Positions 1 through 12,064 of a stretch of DNA of 64,000 nt are shown here, piece by piece. Source of the stretch: the human T2T-CHM13v2.0 reference genome, Homo sapiens. The first letter of the stretch is position 1; each line of letters starts with the position of its first letter. A model generated the notes under the pieces. The model saw only the letters and a program-made list of their open reading frames with translations. It did not search any database and was not told the origin of the DNA. A program made the translations under genes and the position numbers. Where the stretch lies: NCBI RefSeq assembly GCF_009914755.1, contig NC_060930.1. One strand, 5' to 3'.

Positions 1-200
1 CCCTCAATGAGCTTGCAGTTGAGTAAGGAAACAGATTTATACAATTGCATTTTGTGAAAAGTATTAAAAGGTGTGGGAGAAGAGATGAGAGAATGAATCC
101 CAACAAGGAAATAAGGAAGGGCGTACAAGAAAAGGTGACAGCAGAATAGAGGGAAAGGTATCCAGGCTGAGGAGAATGTTAAAATCTTTAGTTAGAATTG
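1..200 (-). mobile_element. L2 LINE fragment (degenerate)
   Basis: Purine-rich 'ccctcaatgagcttgcagtt...gaaaggtatccaggctgaggagaa' resembles antisense L2 3' region. Confidence 0.45.
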
Positions 201-1723
201 AAGGCACTATTTAGTTTTCGGATATCATCATTCTCATCATTTTGGCTTTTTTCTTTTTCACTAGACACTCATCACTTCTATCCTGGCATAAAGTGATATT
301 TAGATACCTTCTAAAAATTATGGTAGAGTTCCTATTAGAATGCCATTAAGTTTTATTACCTGAAAAATTGAGGTTAAGGAAAAGAACAGGGAATTGGGGA
401 GATATTCAGTGAACAAGCATAATTCGTAGTTTTCTCTGGACAAATTTATCTGTGATTAAGAATCAATTGTTTAATACTTTCAGTTTCTTAGCTTTAGTGC
501 TTTTCACTTTCTGTCACTCTAGTCCCAGCTAAAACCAGGTACTTAGAAGTTGAATTTGTTTTTCTGCTAGGTAAGTTTCCCATCTCAAGATTCCAGTTCT
601 CCTAAGCTGAGTCCACACCCACGTGTTTTTCATTTGACTCTTGCTAGATCAGGACAAAGTTTATATTCACAGGCCTTTTCCTTCTTCAACATGACAACTC
701 TCAGAACTCCCAGATGATCTGTGCCCTTTGGGTTTAAGGCATGTATTTTTTCTCACAAGGGTCTTTCTATTATAAGCTTTTTCTTTGATAATGGACTGGA
801 GGATTCCATTCCCAGCTGATAGTACAGAGCACAGGAAAGGCCAGGTGATTTGGATGTAGGAATTTCTCTAGTGCTCTTCTAATTTTTACCATATGCCTGA
901 GCCAACCTGGCTGAACTTCAGCTATTAATGAACCCTGCTCTGAACTTTGGCTATTAATTTATCTGTCATTCAGGAAGACATCTGGAGTTAGTAAACTCCT
1001 TTCTTTAGCTCCCCTTTTTGGGATGGTAGGTAAGATGGAGAAGAAAAGGTGGGGTACATCTCAAGTAGTAAAGAGTGGGTAACACTGGCAGTCTTTCCTC
1101 TTGCTCACACGAATACTATTCCTATAATATTTAGATATAATAAAATAAGGTAAAGTATATAGTATGTATGTGATGCTCATGTTTATTTGTATTTTCAGTG
1201 CATAAAATATATAGAATATAAGAATAACAAGCAAATTTTAAAAAACAATGTTTTTCCTAATTCACAAAAAAATGCCTTTTGTTACATCCTAACACTAGGC
1301 TATGCTAAATGAAGAAATATAGTAGCTCTAACAATAATACTCCTTCTCTATTGTAATGATAAATTTTGAGAAGGCAAGGAAGGTGAGTTTATTAAAGATG
1401 GTAAACTAAATAAGATAAAATTATGGAAATGCCAACAAATTTACAAAAATGTAAACAGTTTTCAGTGATTTTAATTACAGCTCATTTAAAGCATGTTCAT
1501 GAATACATATTTTCTTGCAGTTTGATAAAACCCTAAAGGCCAGATAAAAACAGAACATGAGATAACTAGATGCAAAGAGTTCCAGCATTTCAAATTGATA
1601 CATTTTAAATTAATTTATTTTGCTCTATGCTAAAAATTGGCAAGTTTGTATTTAAAAAATATTATTTCATGATAAATTTCTTTTTTAAAAAAGCAAAGAA
1701 CAGGTTCACTAGAAGCCAAGTAA

Positions 1724-2084
<361 letters not shown>

Positions 2085-2189
2085 TAAAGATACATTTTCA
2101 ATCAATGACTTCAACATTTTGTTTTTGTGTGGGTGTGTTCTAAGCTTAAATTGGTGACAGACATGTGACTAATACATCTCAAATCATGA

Positions 2190-2480
2190 AGTTGCTCCTC
2201 AATTTTTTAAAACACTACATAATATTCCCCTGCACAAACGTGCTCAAAGCATTTAACCACCTTTTACCCATATGGTAGCATTTTCTTAGCTTTTGTTATT
2301 ATACACAAATCTAATATAACGATTTTCCATATATATTTGCTTATATGTATGAACCTTTAAGAATGGTTTCTTAAAGATGTAATTGCTGGATCTAAAGATA
2401 TCTGCATTTTACATTTTTACAAATGCTACCAAATCCAGTGATGAATATTGCACTCCCATTTGAACCAATAATATCCCTGC
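2190..2480 (-). mobile_element. Old L1 (L1ME-like) fragment
   Basis: 'aattgctggatctaaagatatctgcattttacattttt...aaatgctaccaaat' resembles antisense L1M ORF2 end. Confidence 0.5.
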
Positions 2481-2639
2481 AACTGGTATTCTGCCAGGGT
2501 GCTATTAAGGAAAGGAGGTGAATGAAGAAGGAAAGAATAAACAGAAAAAGGTAGAAAAATAAACAATAAACAAAAAGAAATCTGGAGAGAATAAATTGCA
2601 GCAGTTGGGAGGGTTTAAGAAATGCATGTCATGTCATGA

Positions 2640-3480
2640 ATTTAGGTGCCAAATTTATAACTCAAGCCTCTATACTTTCCATGAGTTTCAGAACCACTAT
2701 CTGCACATTTAATGTATAACATTTATTTGCATATTTCATTGATAGTAAAAGTGAAATTTCCAAAACAAAATAAAAATCACCAACAACCTCCTCCAAGTCC
2801 CTTTTTCATTCTAATAAATGGTACTACTGCTTTCCACCCCAAACATCAGACCAAAAACCTGGATTTTTTTTCATTGGCTCTTTCATCTCTTTCACCCTTT
2901 GTATTACAGTCCATCACTCTATTCCATTTTTCTTCCACTTAAATATTTCTAGAATTTGTTCATTGTTTTTAAATCCTGGCTATTACTACCCTATATTAAG
3001 GTTTTTTAAAACCTGGATCGCAGCTATCATTGCTTCAGTTTTCATATGTTTATAATTTCTTATTCTGTTTATTCTTTTGCTGGCTTGGAAACTTAATATT
3101 AATCTTTTCACAGTTAACTATGGAATTGTATCATGTATTCTTAACAAATTTTAAAACGTGTTACACGTTAATTCTACCCTCTGAAAGAGGCAAAGACCTT
3201 GCAAAACTTTAATCTGGTTGCATCCCTTCTTGACATATAATATATTGGTGCAGTATTTTACATTCATATTTACATGATAAATTTGACGTTGTTATTTTTA
3301 TTTACATGGATGATATATGTTTTGCTTCAAACAAACAATTTGACATTTATGTTTATTATGCTTATTATTTATATTGTCTCTCCACACTAGAATGGAAGCT
3401 CCAAAAATGCAGAATTGTATTTTATTTGCTTAGAACTGTGCCTAGTACATAGTAGGTACTCGGTATGTATTTTGATGAAA
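2640..3480 (+). mobile_element. L2 fragments including 3' end
   Basis: 'tgtctctccacactagaatggaagctcc...gtgcctagtacatagtaggtactc' is the L2 3' terminus. Confidence 0.6.
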
Positions 3481-3559
3481 CACCTGCATTTATCTACATG
3501 TTTGCCTTTATTATTGTTACCTCATTATTCTTTTCTGCATTCAGCTAAACTTTCTGGAG

Positions 3560-4460
3560 TAGTAATATTTTTTCATAACACATCTCTCATAAGTTTTCCA
3601 TGGTGAGAATTTGTTAATGATAAAATAATTGTTTCTTTGTCTAAAAATGAATTTATTTTTCCTGATTTTTCAAAGTTCTAAGTATGAGAGTTTTTTTTTC
3701 CCCTTCCTCTAAGCACTTAGAAGATATTTTCCACTGTCCTCTGGCTCCGTTGATTCTATTAAGGCATCTGTTATTGATCTAGTTATCTGTCTTGGTATGC
3801 AACCTGCCTGCTTTTACTGAACTATGTTTAGGTGTGAATGAATCGCAATCTCTCTCTTTCAGTCTCCTCTGTTCCTCTTTTCCTTCTTTTTATTCCTCTC
3901 TCCTTTTCTCCATCTCTCCTTCTTCCTCTCTGTCTCTATCTCATAAAATTCTGCTTCTTATCTGCTAATTTTATATATGAGGGTTCATGTTTTCATAATT
4001 TCTGGAAAATTTTCAGACATTATCTCTTCAAACGTAATCTCTGATTCATTCTCTTCATTTTCTCTTTCTGAGACTCCAATTAGACATATACTCCTTTTTA
4101 TTTGATCCTCCATTTTTCTTCCTGAGTCTGCAATTCCTTCTATCTCTTTGCAGTATTCTGTTTAGAGTCTTTAGATTTATGTTCTTATTGCTATTTTCCC
4201 CTAGAGCTGTGGTGCCAATTGCTGTTTTACTCATTATTTTCCATTTTTTCTTTTTTCTCTCTTTTTAAATATATTTTTATTATACTTTAAGTTATTTCTG
4301 TGATTCTATTCTTTATGCCTTAAATATTTTATCCATAAATATTTTATATTTTGTATTTCCTAATTCAGTATCTTTAGTCTTTATGAGTCTACATCTCTGC
4401 TTTAAAAAATCAGCTGGTTCTTATCCATATAGCTTAATTATTTGTATATAATTTTACACT
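3560..4460 (-). mobile_element. Old L1 (L1M/L1ME) ORF1-region fragment
   Basis: 'aagcacttagaagatattttccactgtcctctggct', 'ttctggaaaattttcagacattatctcttcaa' typical of antisense L1M. Confidence 0.55.
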
Positions 4461-4469
4461 ACTTTTGAG

Positions 4470-6385
4470 TTTTTAGTTTTTATTTTTATTTCAATAGCTT
4501 TTGGAGTACAGGTGGTTTTCAGTTACATGAATAAGTTCCTTAGTGGTGATTTCTGAGATTTTAGTGTAGCTGTCATCTGAGCACTGTAACAAATAAATCT
4601 TTTATTCTTCACACATCTCCCAACCTTCCCACTTGAGTCCTCAAAGTCCATTATATAATGCTTATGCCTTTGCATCCTCATAGCTTAGCTCCTACTTATA
4701 ACTGAGAACATATATATTTGGTTTTCCATTCCTGAATTACTTCACTTAGAATAATGGCCTCCAGCTTCATCCAAGTTGCTGCAAAAGGCATTATTTTGTT
4801 CCTTTTTTTTTTTTTTTGGCTGAGTAGAATTCCATGATTTATATATACCACATTTTCTTTATTCACTTGTTGGTTGATGGACACTTAGCTTGGTTCCATA
4901 TCTTTGCATTTGCTGTTTCTCCTGCTGTAAACATGCATGTGGATGTGTCTTTTTTATATAATGGCTTCTTTTCCTTTGAGTAGATAACCAGTAGTGGGCT
5001 TGCTGGATCAAATGGTCGTTCTGCTTTTAGTTCTTTAAGGAATCTCCATACTGTTTTCTATGGTAGTTGGGCTAATTTACATTGCCACCAGCAGTGTAAA
5101 AGCGCTCCCTTTTCAGCACATCCACACCATCTATCGTTTTTTGACTTTTAAAATTATGGCCATTCTTGCAGGAGTAAGGTGGTAGAGCTAATTGTGCTTT
5201 TAATTTATATTTCCCTGATTAGTGATGTTGAGTATTTTTTCATGGTTGTTGGCTGTTTGAGAATTGTCTATTCATGTCCTTTGCCTACTTTTTCATGAGA
5301 TTGTCTTTCCTTGATGATTTGTTTGAGTTCCTTGTTGATTCTGGATATTAGTCCTTGTTGAATACATAGTTTGTGAATATTTTCTCTCATTCTATGGATT
5401 GTCTGTTTACTCTGCCAACTATTTTCTTTGTTGTACAGGAGATTTTTGGTTTAATTAGGTCCTATTAATTTATTTATTTTTGTTGCATTTGGTTGTGGAG
5501 TCTTAGTCATGAATTCTTTGCCTACTCCCATGTCTAGAAGAGTTTTTCTAATGTTATCTTCTAGAATTTTTATGGTTTCAGGTGTTAGATTTAAGTGTTT
5601 GATTCATCGAGTTGATTTTTGTATAAAGTGAGAGATGGGGATCCAGTTTCATTCTTCTACATGTGGCTTGCCAGTTTCCCCAGCACCAGTTATTGAACAG
5701 GGTATCCTTCCCCAAATTTATGTTTTTGTATACTTTGTCAAAGATCAGTAGGCTGTAAATATTTTGCTTTATTTCTGTGATCTCTATTCTGTTCCATTGG
5801 TCTATGTGTCTATTTTTAAACCAGTACCATGCTGTTTTGGTAACTATTGCCTTGTAGTATAACTTGAAGTCAGGTAATGTGATGCTTCCAGATTTGTTCT
5901 TTTTGCTTAGTACTGCTTTGGCAATGAAGGCTCTTTTTTTTGGCTCCATATGAATTTTAGGATTTTTTTTCTAGTTCTGTGAAGAATAATGATAGTATTT
6001 TGATGGGAATTACATTGAATCTGTACATTGTTTTGGATAATATGATCATTTACACAATATTTATTCTTTCCATCCATGAGCATGGGATGTGTTTCCATTT
6101 GTTTGTGTCATTTATAATTTCTTTCAGCAGTGTTTTGCAGTTTTCCTTGTAGAGAGAACTTTTACCTCCTTGGCTAAGTATATTCCTAAGCATTTTATTT
6201 TTTATTTTTTGCAGCTGTTATGAAAGAGATTGAGTTTTTGATTTGATTCTCAGCTCGCTTGTTGTTGATATATAGTAGTGCTACTGATTTGTGTATATTG
6301 ATTTCATTAATCAGGTCTAGGAGATTTTTGGATGAGCCTTTAGGGTTTTCTAGGTATAAGATCATATCATCAGTGAATAGCGACA
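4470..6385 (-). mobile_element. L1PB, 5'-truncated (3'UTR plus ORF2 3' half)
   Basis: L1PB 3'UTR 'gtacaggtggttttcagttacatg...tagtggtgatttctgagatt'; ORF2 remnant [21 protein letters not shown] (5578-5949); ends in the RT 'DDMI' region. Confidence 0.92.
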
Positions 6386-6447
6386 GAATTTGCCACTACC
6401 AAACCAGCACAACAAGAAATGCTAAAAGGAGTTTTAAACCCTGAAAC
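6386..6447 (+). mobile_element. Inverted L1 ORF1 C-terminal fragment abutting the L1PB
   Basis: Translates EFATTKPAQQEMLKGVLNPE, matching the L1 ORF1p C-terminus, on the opposite strand to the adjacent L1. Confidence 0.75.
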
Positions 6448-6507
6448 GTTTGATTTTAATATATGAAAATTTTGAGGGCCCAACTGGGAATAGTTTACTC
6501 TGGAGAG

Positions 6508-6509
6508 TT

Positions 6510-6554
<45 letters not shown>

Positions 6555-6856
6555 TATTATTGAGACGGAGTCTGATTCTTTCGCCCAGGCTGGAGTGCAG
6601 TGGTTTTGGCTCATGGCAGCCTCCACCTCCTAGGTTCAAGTGATTCTCCTCCCTCAGCCTCTGGAGTAGCTGGAATTATAGGGGTGCACCACCTCACCTG
6701 GTTAATTTTTGTATTTTTACTAGAGACAGGGTTTCACCATCTCTAGTAAATGGTGAAAGATTGGCCAGGCTGGTCTCAAACTCCTTACCTCAGGTGATAG
6801 TCCTACCTCGGCTTCCAAAAGTGCTGGGATTAGAGGCGTGAGCCACTGCGCTGGCC
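6508..6856 (-). mobile_element. Alu (AluSx/Sz-like) with (ATT)n tail
   Basis: Two arms; degenerate TSD tggagagtttt / tgcagagaatttt; internal 20-bp insertion. Confidence 0.95.
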
Positions 6857-7116
6857 TGCAGAGAATTTTCTACCAGGATCCAAGCGTATGATATGGATCA
6901 GGAATTATTTTACTTTATCCCTGTCTCCCAGACATAAAACGAAAGGCTCAGGTTCAGATTCTCTATCTTGTCAATGACTCAAAATTGGTCTCTAGATACC
7001 TGACATTGTCACATGACCTCAGTGTATCACTTTCTTATTTGCTTTCAGCTCTCATATCTGTGATCCACCTTCTTTGCTTAAATTTACTTTTGTGTTTGGA
7101 ATTGATGATTACCTTC

Positions 7117-7642
7117 TGTGATGGTTAATTTTAGGTGTTAGCTTGACTAGGTTAAGAGGTCCTCAAATAGCTGGTGAAGTAATATTTCTGGGCATGTCTG
7201 TGAAGGTGTTTCTGGAAGAGATTGGTATTTGAATTAGGGGACCGAATAAGGAAGATCTGCCCTCACCAATTTGCATAGTATTATCCAATCCACTGAGGGC
7301 CCAAGTAGAACCAAAACATAGGAAGGGTAAATTTGCTTTCTCTTCTAGAGCTAGGACATCCATCTGCTCTTGTCCTTAAACATCTGATCTCTTGGTTCTT
7401 GGGTCTTCAAACTCCAGGACTTAAATTTAGCAACCCCTCTCTCCAACCCACCATGTTTCTCAGGCTTTTATACTAACACTGAAAAGACCGAATTACACCA
7501 CGTGCTTCCCTGGTTCTGTACCTTGCAGACAGTATATTGTGGGACTTCTTGGCCTCCATAATTGTGGGAATCAGTTCCCACATTAAATCCCCTCTTATAT
7601 GTACTATTAGTTCTGTTTCTCTGGAGAACCCTGACTAATACA
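7117..7642 (+). mobile_element. MLT2 solo LTR (ERV-L)
   Basis: tgtgatggttaatttt...ctggagaaccctgactaataca termini; perfect 5-bp TSD CCTTC (7112-7116, 7643-7647). Confidence 0.92.
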
Positions 7643-7961
7643 CCTTCCCTCCTGTGAGCCTAGTTTACTAGAATTTCATGAAAAGAAGGCTGAGCTATTG
7701 ATACAGTTTCTTAACAGATTTCTATGTCATATCTCTTTCCTATCCAATTTCCATATCACTGTAGCCAGACTTGTTTATTTACTAGAAATTCCACTCTCTT
7801 CAGTATAGCGTTTCACAAACCATTGCTTTCCAAATAAAACTAAAATTCATAACTTGTTTACCACGTCCTCAGTAATGTGGTTCCCAAGAGTATTTCTAAT
7901 GTCATCTATTAGCACTCAATGCACCTCTCTCTTTGTTTAGACATAGACTGTTTCCTTCAAG

Positions 7962-8122
7962 TTTTTTTTTTTCTTTTTTAGAGACAGAGTCTCATTGCCC
8001 AGGCTGGAATGCAGTCACATGATTATACATCACTGCAGCCTCGAACTCCTGTATTCAATCACTCTTCCTGCTTTGGCCTCTCAAAGTGCTGAGATTACAG
8101 ACATGAGCTACTATGCCAGGTC
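7962..8122 (-). mobile_element. Alu monomer (FAM/FRAM-like or arm-deleted AluJ)
   Basis: Single ~160-bp arm with T tail; TSD tccttca. Confidence 0.8.
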
Positions 8123-8464
8123 TCCTTCACATCAGGTTCTTAAACATTTTATGTTGAATCTCGCTTCTAGGCACATATTCTTCTATTCTAGTTTGCCTTG
8201 ATACGTAAGTGTCTATGAAATAGATTTTAAATGCAGTCTATGGTTTCCTTCAGTGGACAACATAGTCACTATGATATAAAAAACTTTAAATATTCCTTTA
8301 TTTAAAATGTGTGATTTCTCATTTACATTTTTTGTTTTGGGTTCTCAAGTAAAAACCAGTAATTTAGCCTTATTGACAAGTAATAAATATATAGACAGGT
8401 AATATATACTAAACATATTATATATTATATGTCATATGTATGTAATCTAGCTTTCTTTCTATCT

Positions 8465-8500
<36 letters not shown>
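8465..8500. repeat. (CA)n microsatellite
   Basis: Direct reading. Confidence 0.95.
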
Positions 8501-10384
8501 CCATACATGTGCACACAATTACAATGAACACTTGGACTGTGGCATAATATATTTGATCTTTTGGGCTATGAATGCAGTGAATGTGAATTGCTGTTTCAGT
8601 TGTTGTCAGTATCAATTGTTAAAATGGTTAAAATGATTGATCATCACATATGAAGAGAAACTGACATTTTTAGTGTGTCTCTAATTCAGACTGTGGGAAC
8701 TTAACAAAAGGAAATTGAAGCTGCAAAACCTTTTTAAAGTTGGAAACACACACACACTAGTCTCTGTTTTTATGCACAATAATGGATATCCCCTTAGGCT
8801 AAACTTACTAAAGCTGTCATCATAATAGTAATAGACTCACAATGGACTTTAAGAGCTTGCTTGGTGAATCTAACAGGAAAGAAGAGCTCTTCATTACTGA
8901 AGGTGTATGTGACAGCTCTTTGTTCTCTTGCAGCTGGTGGATTTGCTCTACACTTTGCAGCAGGACAATAGAGCTCCTATGAAGAAGTGGTTCTGTTTTT
9001 ATTTTCTAACCTCATTTCCTTTTGTGATTTCCACCTGACAGTCAAGCAAGTCAAAACAAAACAAACAAAAAAACCCAAGTCACCATCAATGCAGCAGAAA
9101 AGGAAAAGGGAGGCTAATGTTACCCTAAAGCGCTATTGCAAGCACAAAGAAAGCATAATTCCATGTCATGGATATAGCCTGGAATGACACACTCACATGA
9201 ATTACCTCTTTGAGTTTTTGACAGAGGAGAACAGAAAGTAGCTAATGAAGTCACAAGAGGCTTTGGGAGTTCAACTCATGAAACTCTTGATATTATGACA
9301 GTGTTAAGACATGTCAGTCTTACTATTTCACCCACAATATGAAACATATTTGTGACCTCAAGGGAAAATATGACATTTGAAAAATTATAAATTGAAATGC
9401 GTTCTTATACCCGTACCACAACTTTCCTATCCGAACATGTATTTGGTTGTCCTTTATTTTAGAAGTGTCAAATTTTAGCGCAGTCAATAATTTATGTTAC
9501 ATTATTTTGTTTTTTTTTAGTATATACAATTTAGACATCTTTGTTCTAAACACAATATAAAATAAGTACTTCTTGGATGAAAAATAAGATTAAAACTTAA
9601 TTTGTAAGATATCACGTAAACTCTACCGATTTGCCATTGTCCTGTGAATTCAAAGCACAGATCTTGATGCAGTATTAGTAACAACTTATGTCAATTTACA
9701 GATTTCCTGGGCTCTTCAACAATGGGACCAAAATCAGTTCTTGTTTCCAGTGCTAACTTTGAAATATGGAAGAAGGCTTACTCACTTACCTTGTGACTTT
9801 TGGAGGAAAACAGAAAAACATCTCTACTAAAATATATCTCTCATTATGTTATCGATACCTGAAATACCAACATGGAATTAGAACTAGCCTCAGAGGAGCT
9901 TTCTGTGAGTGAAACAGTTACTCTAGAACAACTGGATTCACTGCACAAGGAGGGCAAGCACTTAATATGTGATGTACATTGACCTAGGCATTGAGAAATT
10001 AGTAAGTAGCCCACTGGGAAGATGTATGCAATTATAGCAAAGCTAGAGAAAACAAAGGTAATGGAAGAAAATAGTGGAAAGCAATTGAAGGTAAATTCAC
10101 TGATTATACAACCAAGAGTCATACTGACTTTGAGGAATTAGCTCAAAAGCAAAATGAAACGGTTGGGAAAGTGAGAGCACTTTTGGAGTTTCTGAATAGA
10201 AAAAAAGTTTTTTTCAGATTCTATAGATAACTACAAGTAGAGATTAACACCAAGAAGTTTAGATGGGAGAAAGAAACACAAATGAATATACTAAGAGTTG
10301 ATGTAGAAAGGAACCAGAATTTATAAGGAGATAATTCAATCAAATAATATCCGAAAAAAGAATCCTTGTTCTCTCTTCTCAGAG

Positions 10385-10565
10385 TGTCATGGTGGAAAGA
10401 GCTTTGATTTTGGATTTAGAACAACGTGGATCAGAATCCTGAATTTGTCTCTTATTAGTCATTTGGTACTGGAAAGATGTTAACTTTATCAATCTGTTTC
10501 CTCATTTCTACCAGGGAGTAATACCAGCCTATATCTATTTTTGTAAAGATTCAGCATATTAAAAT
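10385..10565 (+). mobile_element. MIR
   Basis: 'ggtggaaagagctttgattttggatttaga...tctgtttcctcatttcta' MIR core. Confidence 0.7.
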
Positions 10566-10589
10566 CTTCATTACAAGGCCATATTTCTA

Positions 10590-11560
10590 TAAATTACTGA
10601 TATGTAATAGAGGTAACACTGCATATCAGTGGAGAAAAAAAGTGGTTATTTAAAAAGTAGAAAAAAAAAGAGAAAATTGCACACTGACCTTATTACCACA
10701 CACAAAACATCATTTCAGACCGATTAAAAGCCTCCGTGTGAAAGACAAACCAAAATGGTTTTCAGAAAAAATATGGAATAACATTTCCATGACTCTTGGG
10801 GTAAAGATTTCTCAAACAAGATATAAGATGAATTAACCACAACACATTGCTTGAGAAGTTATATTACATTAAAACTAAGAGCTTATGTTTATCAAAAGAT
10901 AACTCTACACATCCATCAAATTGACAAAAATTTAAAGGTTGGACAATAACACATGGTGTGGATATGAAGCTATGGAAACTTTCACACATTCTTGGTGGAA
11001 GTATATATTGCCAATTGCTTTAGAAAACAGTTAGCATTATCTAACAAAGACAAAACTATGCAAACTCTATGACCTGAGGTTTGTATTCCAGAGAAGCTTA
11101 TGCAAGTATTCATCAAAATCTATGTGCAAAAATGCTCAGAGTGACATTTTTATATAGCTAAAAGCCAGAGAAACAGCCCAAATGTATATAAATAGACACA
11201 TAAATTGTAGGATAGTGAATAATTTACAAAAGTGAAAGTGACCAAATTATTTCTACATGCAAAACCATGGATAAATCTTTAGAGCAAAATGTTGTGTACA
11301 AGATGACAAACTTAAAAATATGTAGATGGAATGATTTAAATCATGAACATTTCCAGAACAAGCAAAGCTAAATGGTCTTACTTAAGGATATGTGAATAGG
11401 TAGCAAAAAATGGAAAGAAGAAATTATCTCAAAATCAGGATCAGTTATGGCTGTGATCACAAAGGAGCACACAAAGGGTTCTAGAGTACTGGCAATATGA
11501 TTTTGTTTATCATTGGTGAATAATCTGGCTCAAATTTATCTTGTTGTGTTTATAAGAAAA
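10590..11560 (+). mobile_element. L1ME-type ORF2 end and 3'UTR
   Basis: 'ggaaactttcacacattcttggtggaagtata', 'catggataaatctt...aaaatgttgtg'. Confidence 0.7.
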
Positions 11561-11639
11561 AATTCAATGTGGTATTTTATACAATTTTAAGTTAGCAGCC
11601 CTCCAATATTAATGTGCTTCTATAATAGACATTCATATC

Positions 11640-12064
11640 TGTGGTGTATATTCTCTATTTTTTCTTCTATATCCACCCTCCACCCTTGTCCATCTTGAGA
11701 GGCTAACCTTTTTAGAATCATAGTGGTCTCTCTTGTCCTCCAGGTTCGAGTGGTTTTGACTAATGAAAGTTACCAGCAGAAATGAGGGCAAGCTCAAGGT
11801 ACTTTTTCCTCTACCTTTCTAGTATTGCAAGCTCCTAATAAGTAGTCCTATCCTACAACTATGTTAATTTTCCTCTTTCTGGTTACATGCTGTTTCCTTC
11901 CCTTGTTATGGGAACCAGTAATGACACTCTGTTTTTATTTCCAAAATATTGCCTCATTCCTTACTGGTTTTCCTTAATCCTGCTCACACCATTATTAATA
12001 GACCCTCTACTCAATCCTGTATTTGAATGTGGTGTCTGTTTCTCACCAGTTTCCTACTGATACA
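11640..12064 (+). mobile_element. ERVL LTR (LTR33-like)
   Basis: tgt...'tttgaatgtggtgtctgtttctc...ctactgataca' terminus. Confidence 0.6.

Noticed and set aside
5578-5949. 123-aa ORF with clear protein homology (also 13897-14085, 14703-14903, 16099-16350, 17704-18054)
   Set aside because: Fragments of dead L1 ORF2 broken by stops and frameshifts; not host genes
9844-10122. 92-aa hydrophobic ORF
   Set aside because: Composition reflects T-rich DNA; no recognisable domain or gene structure
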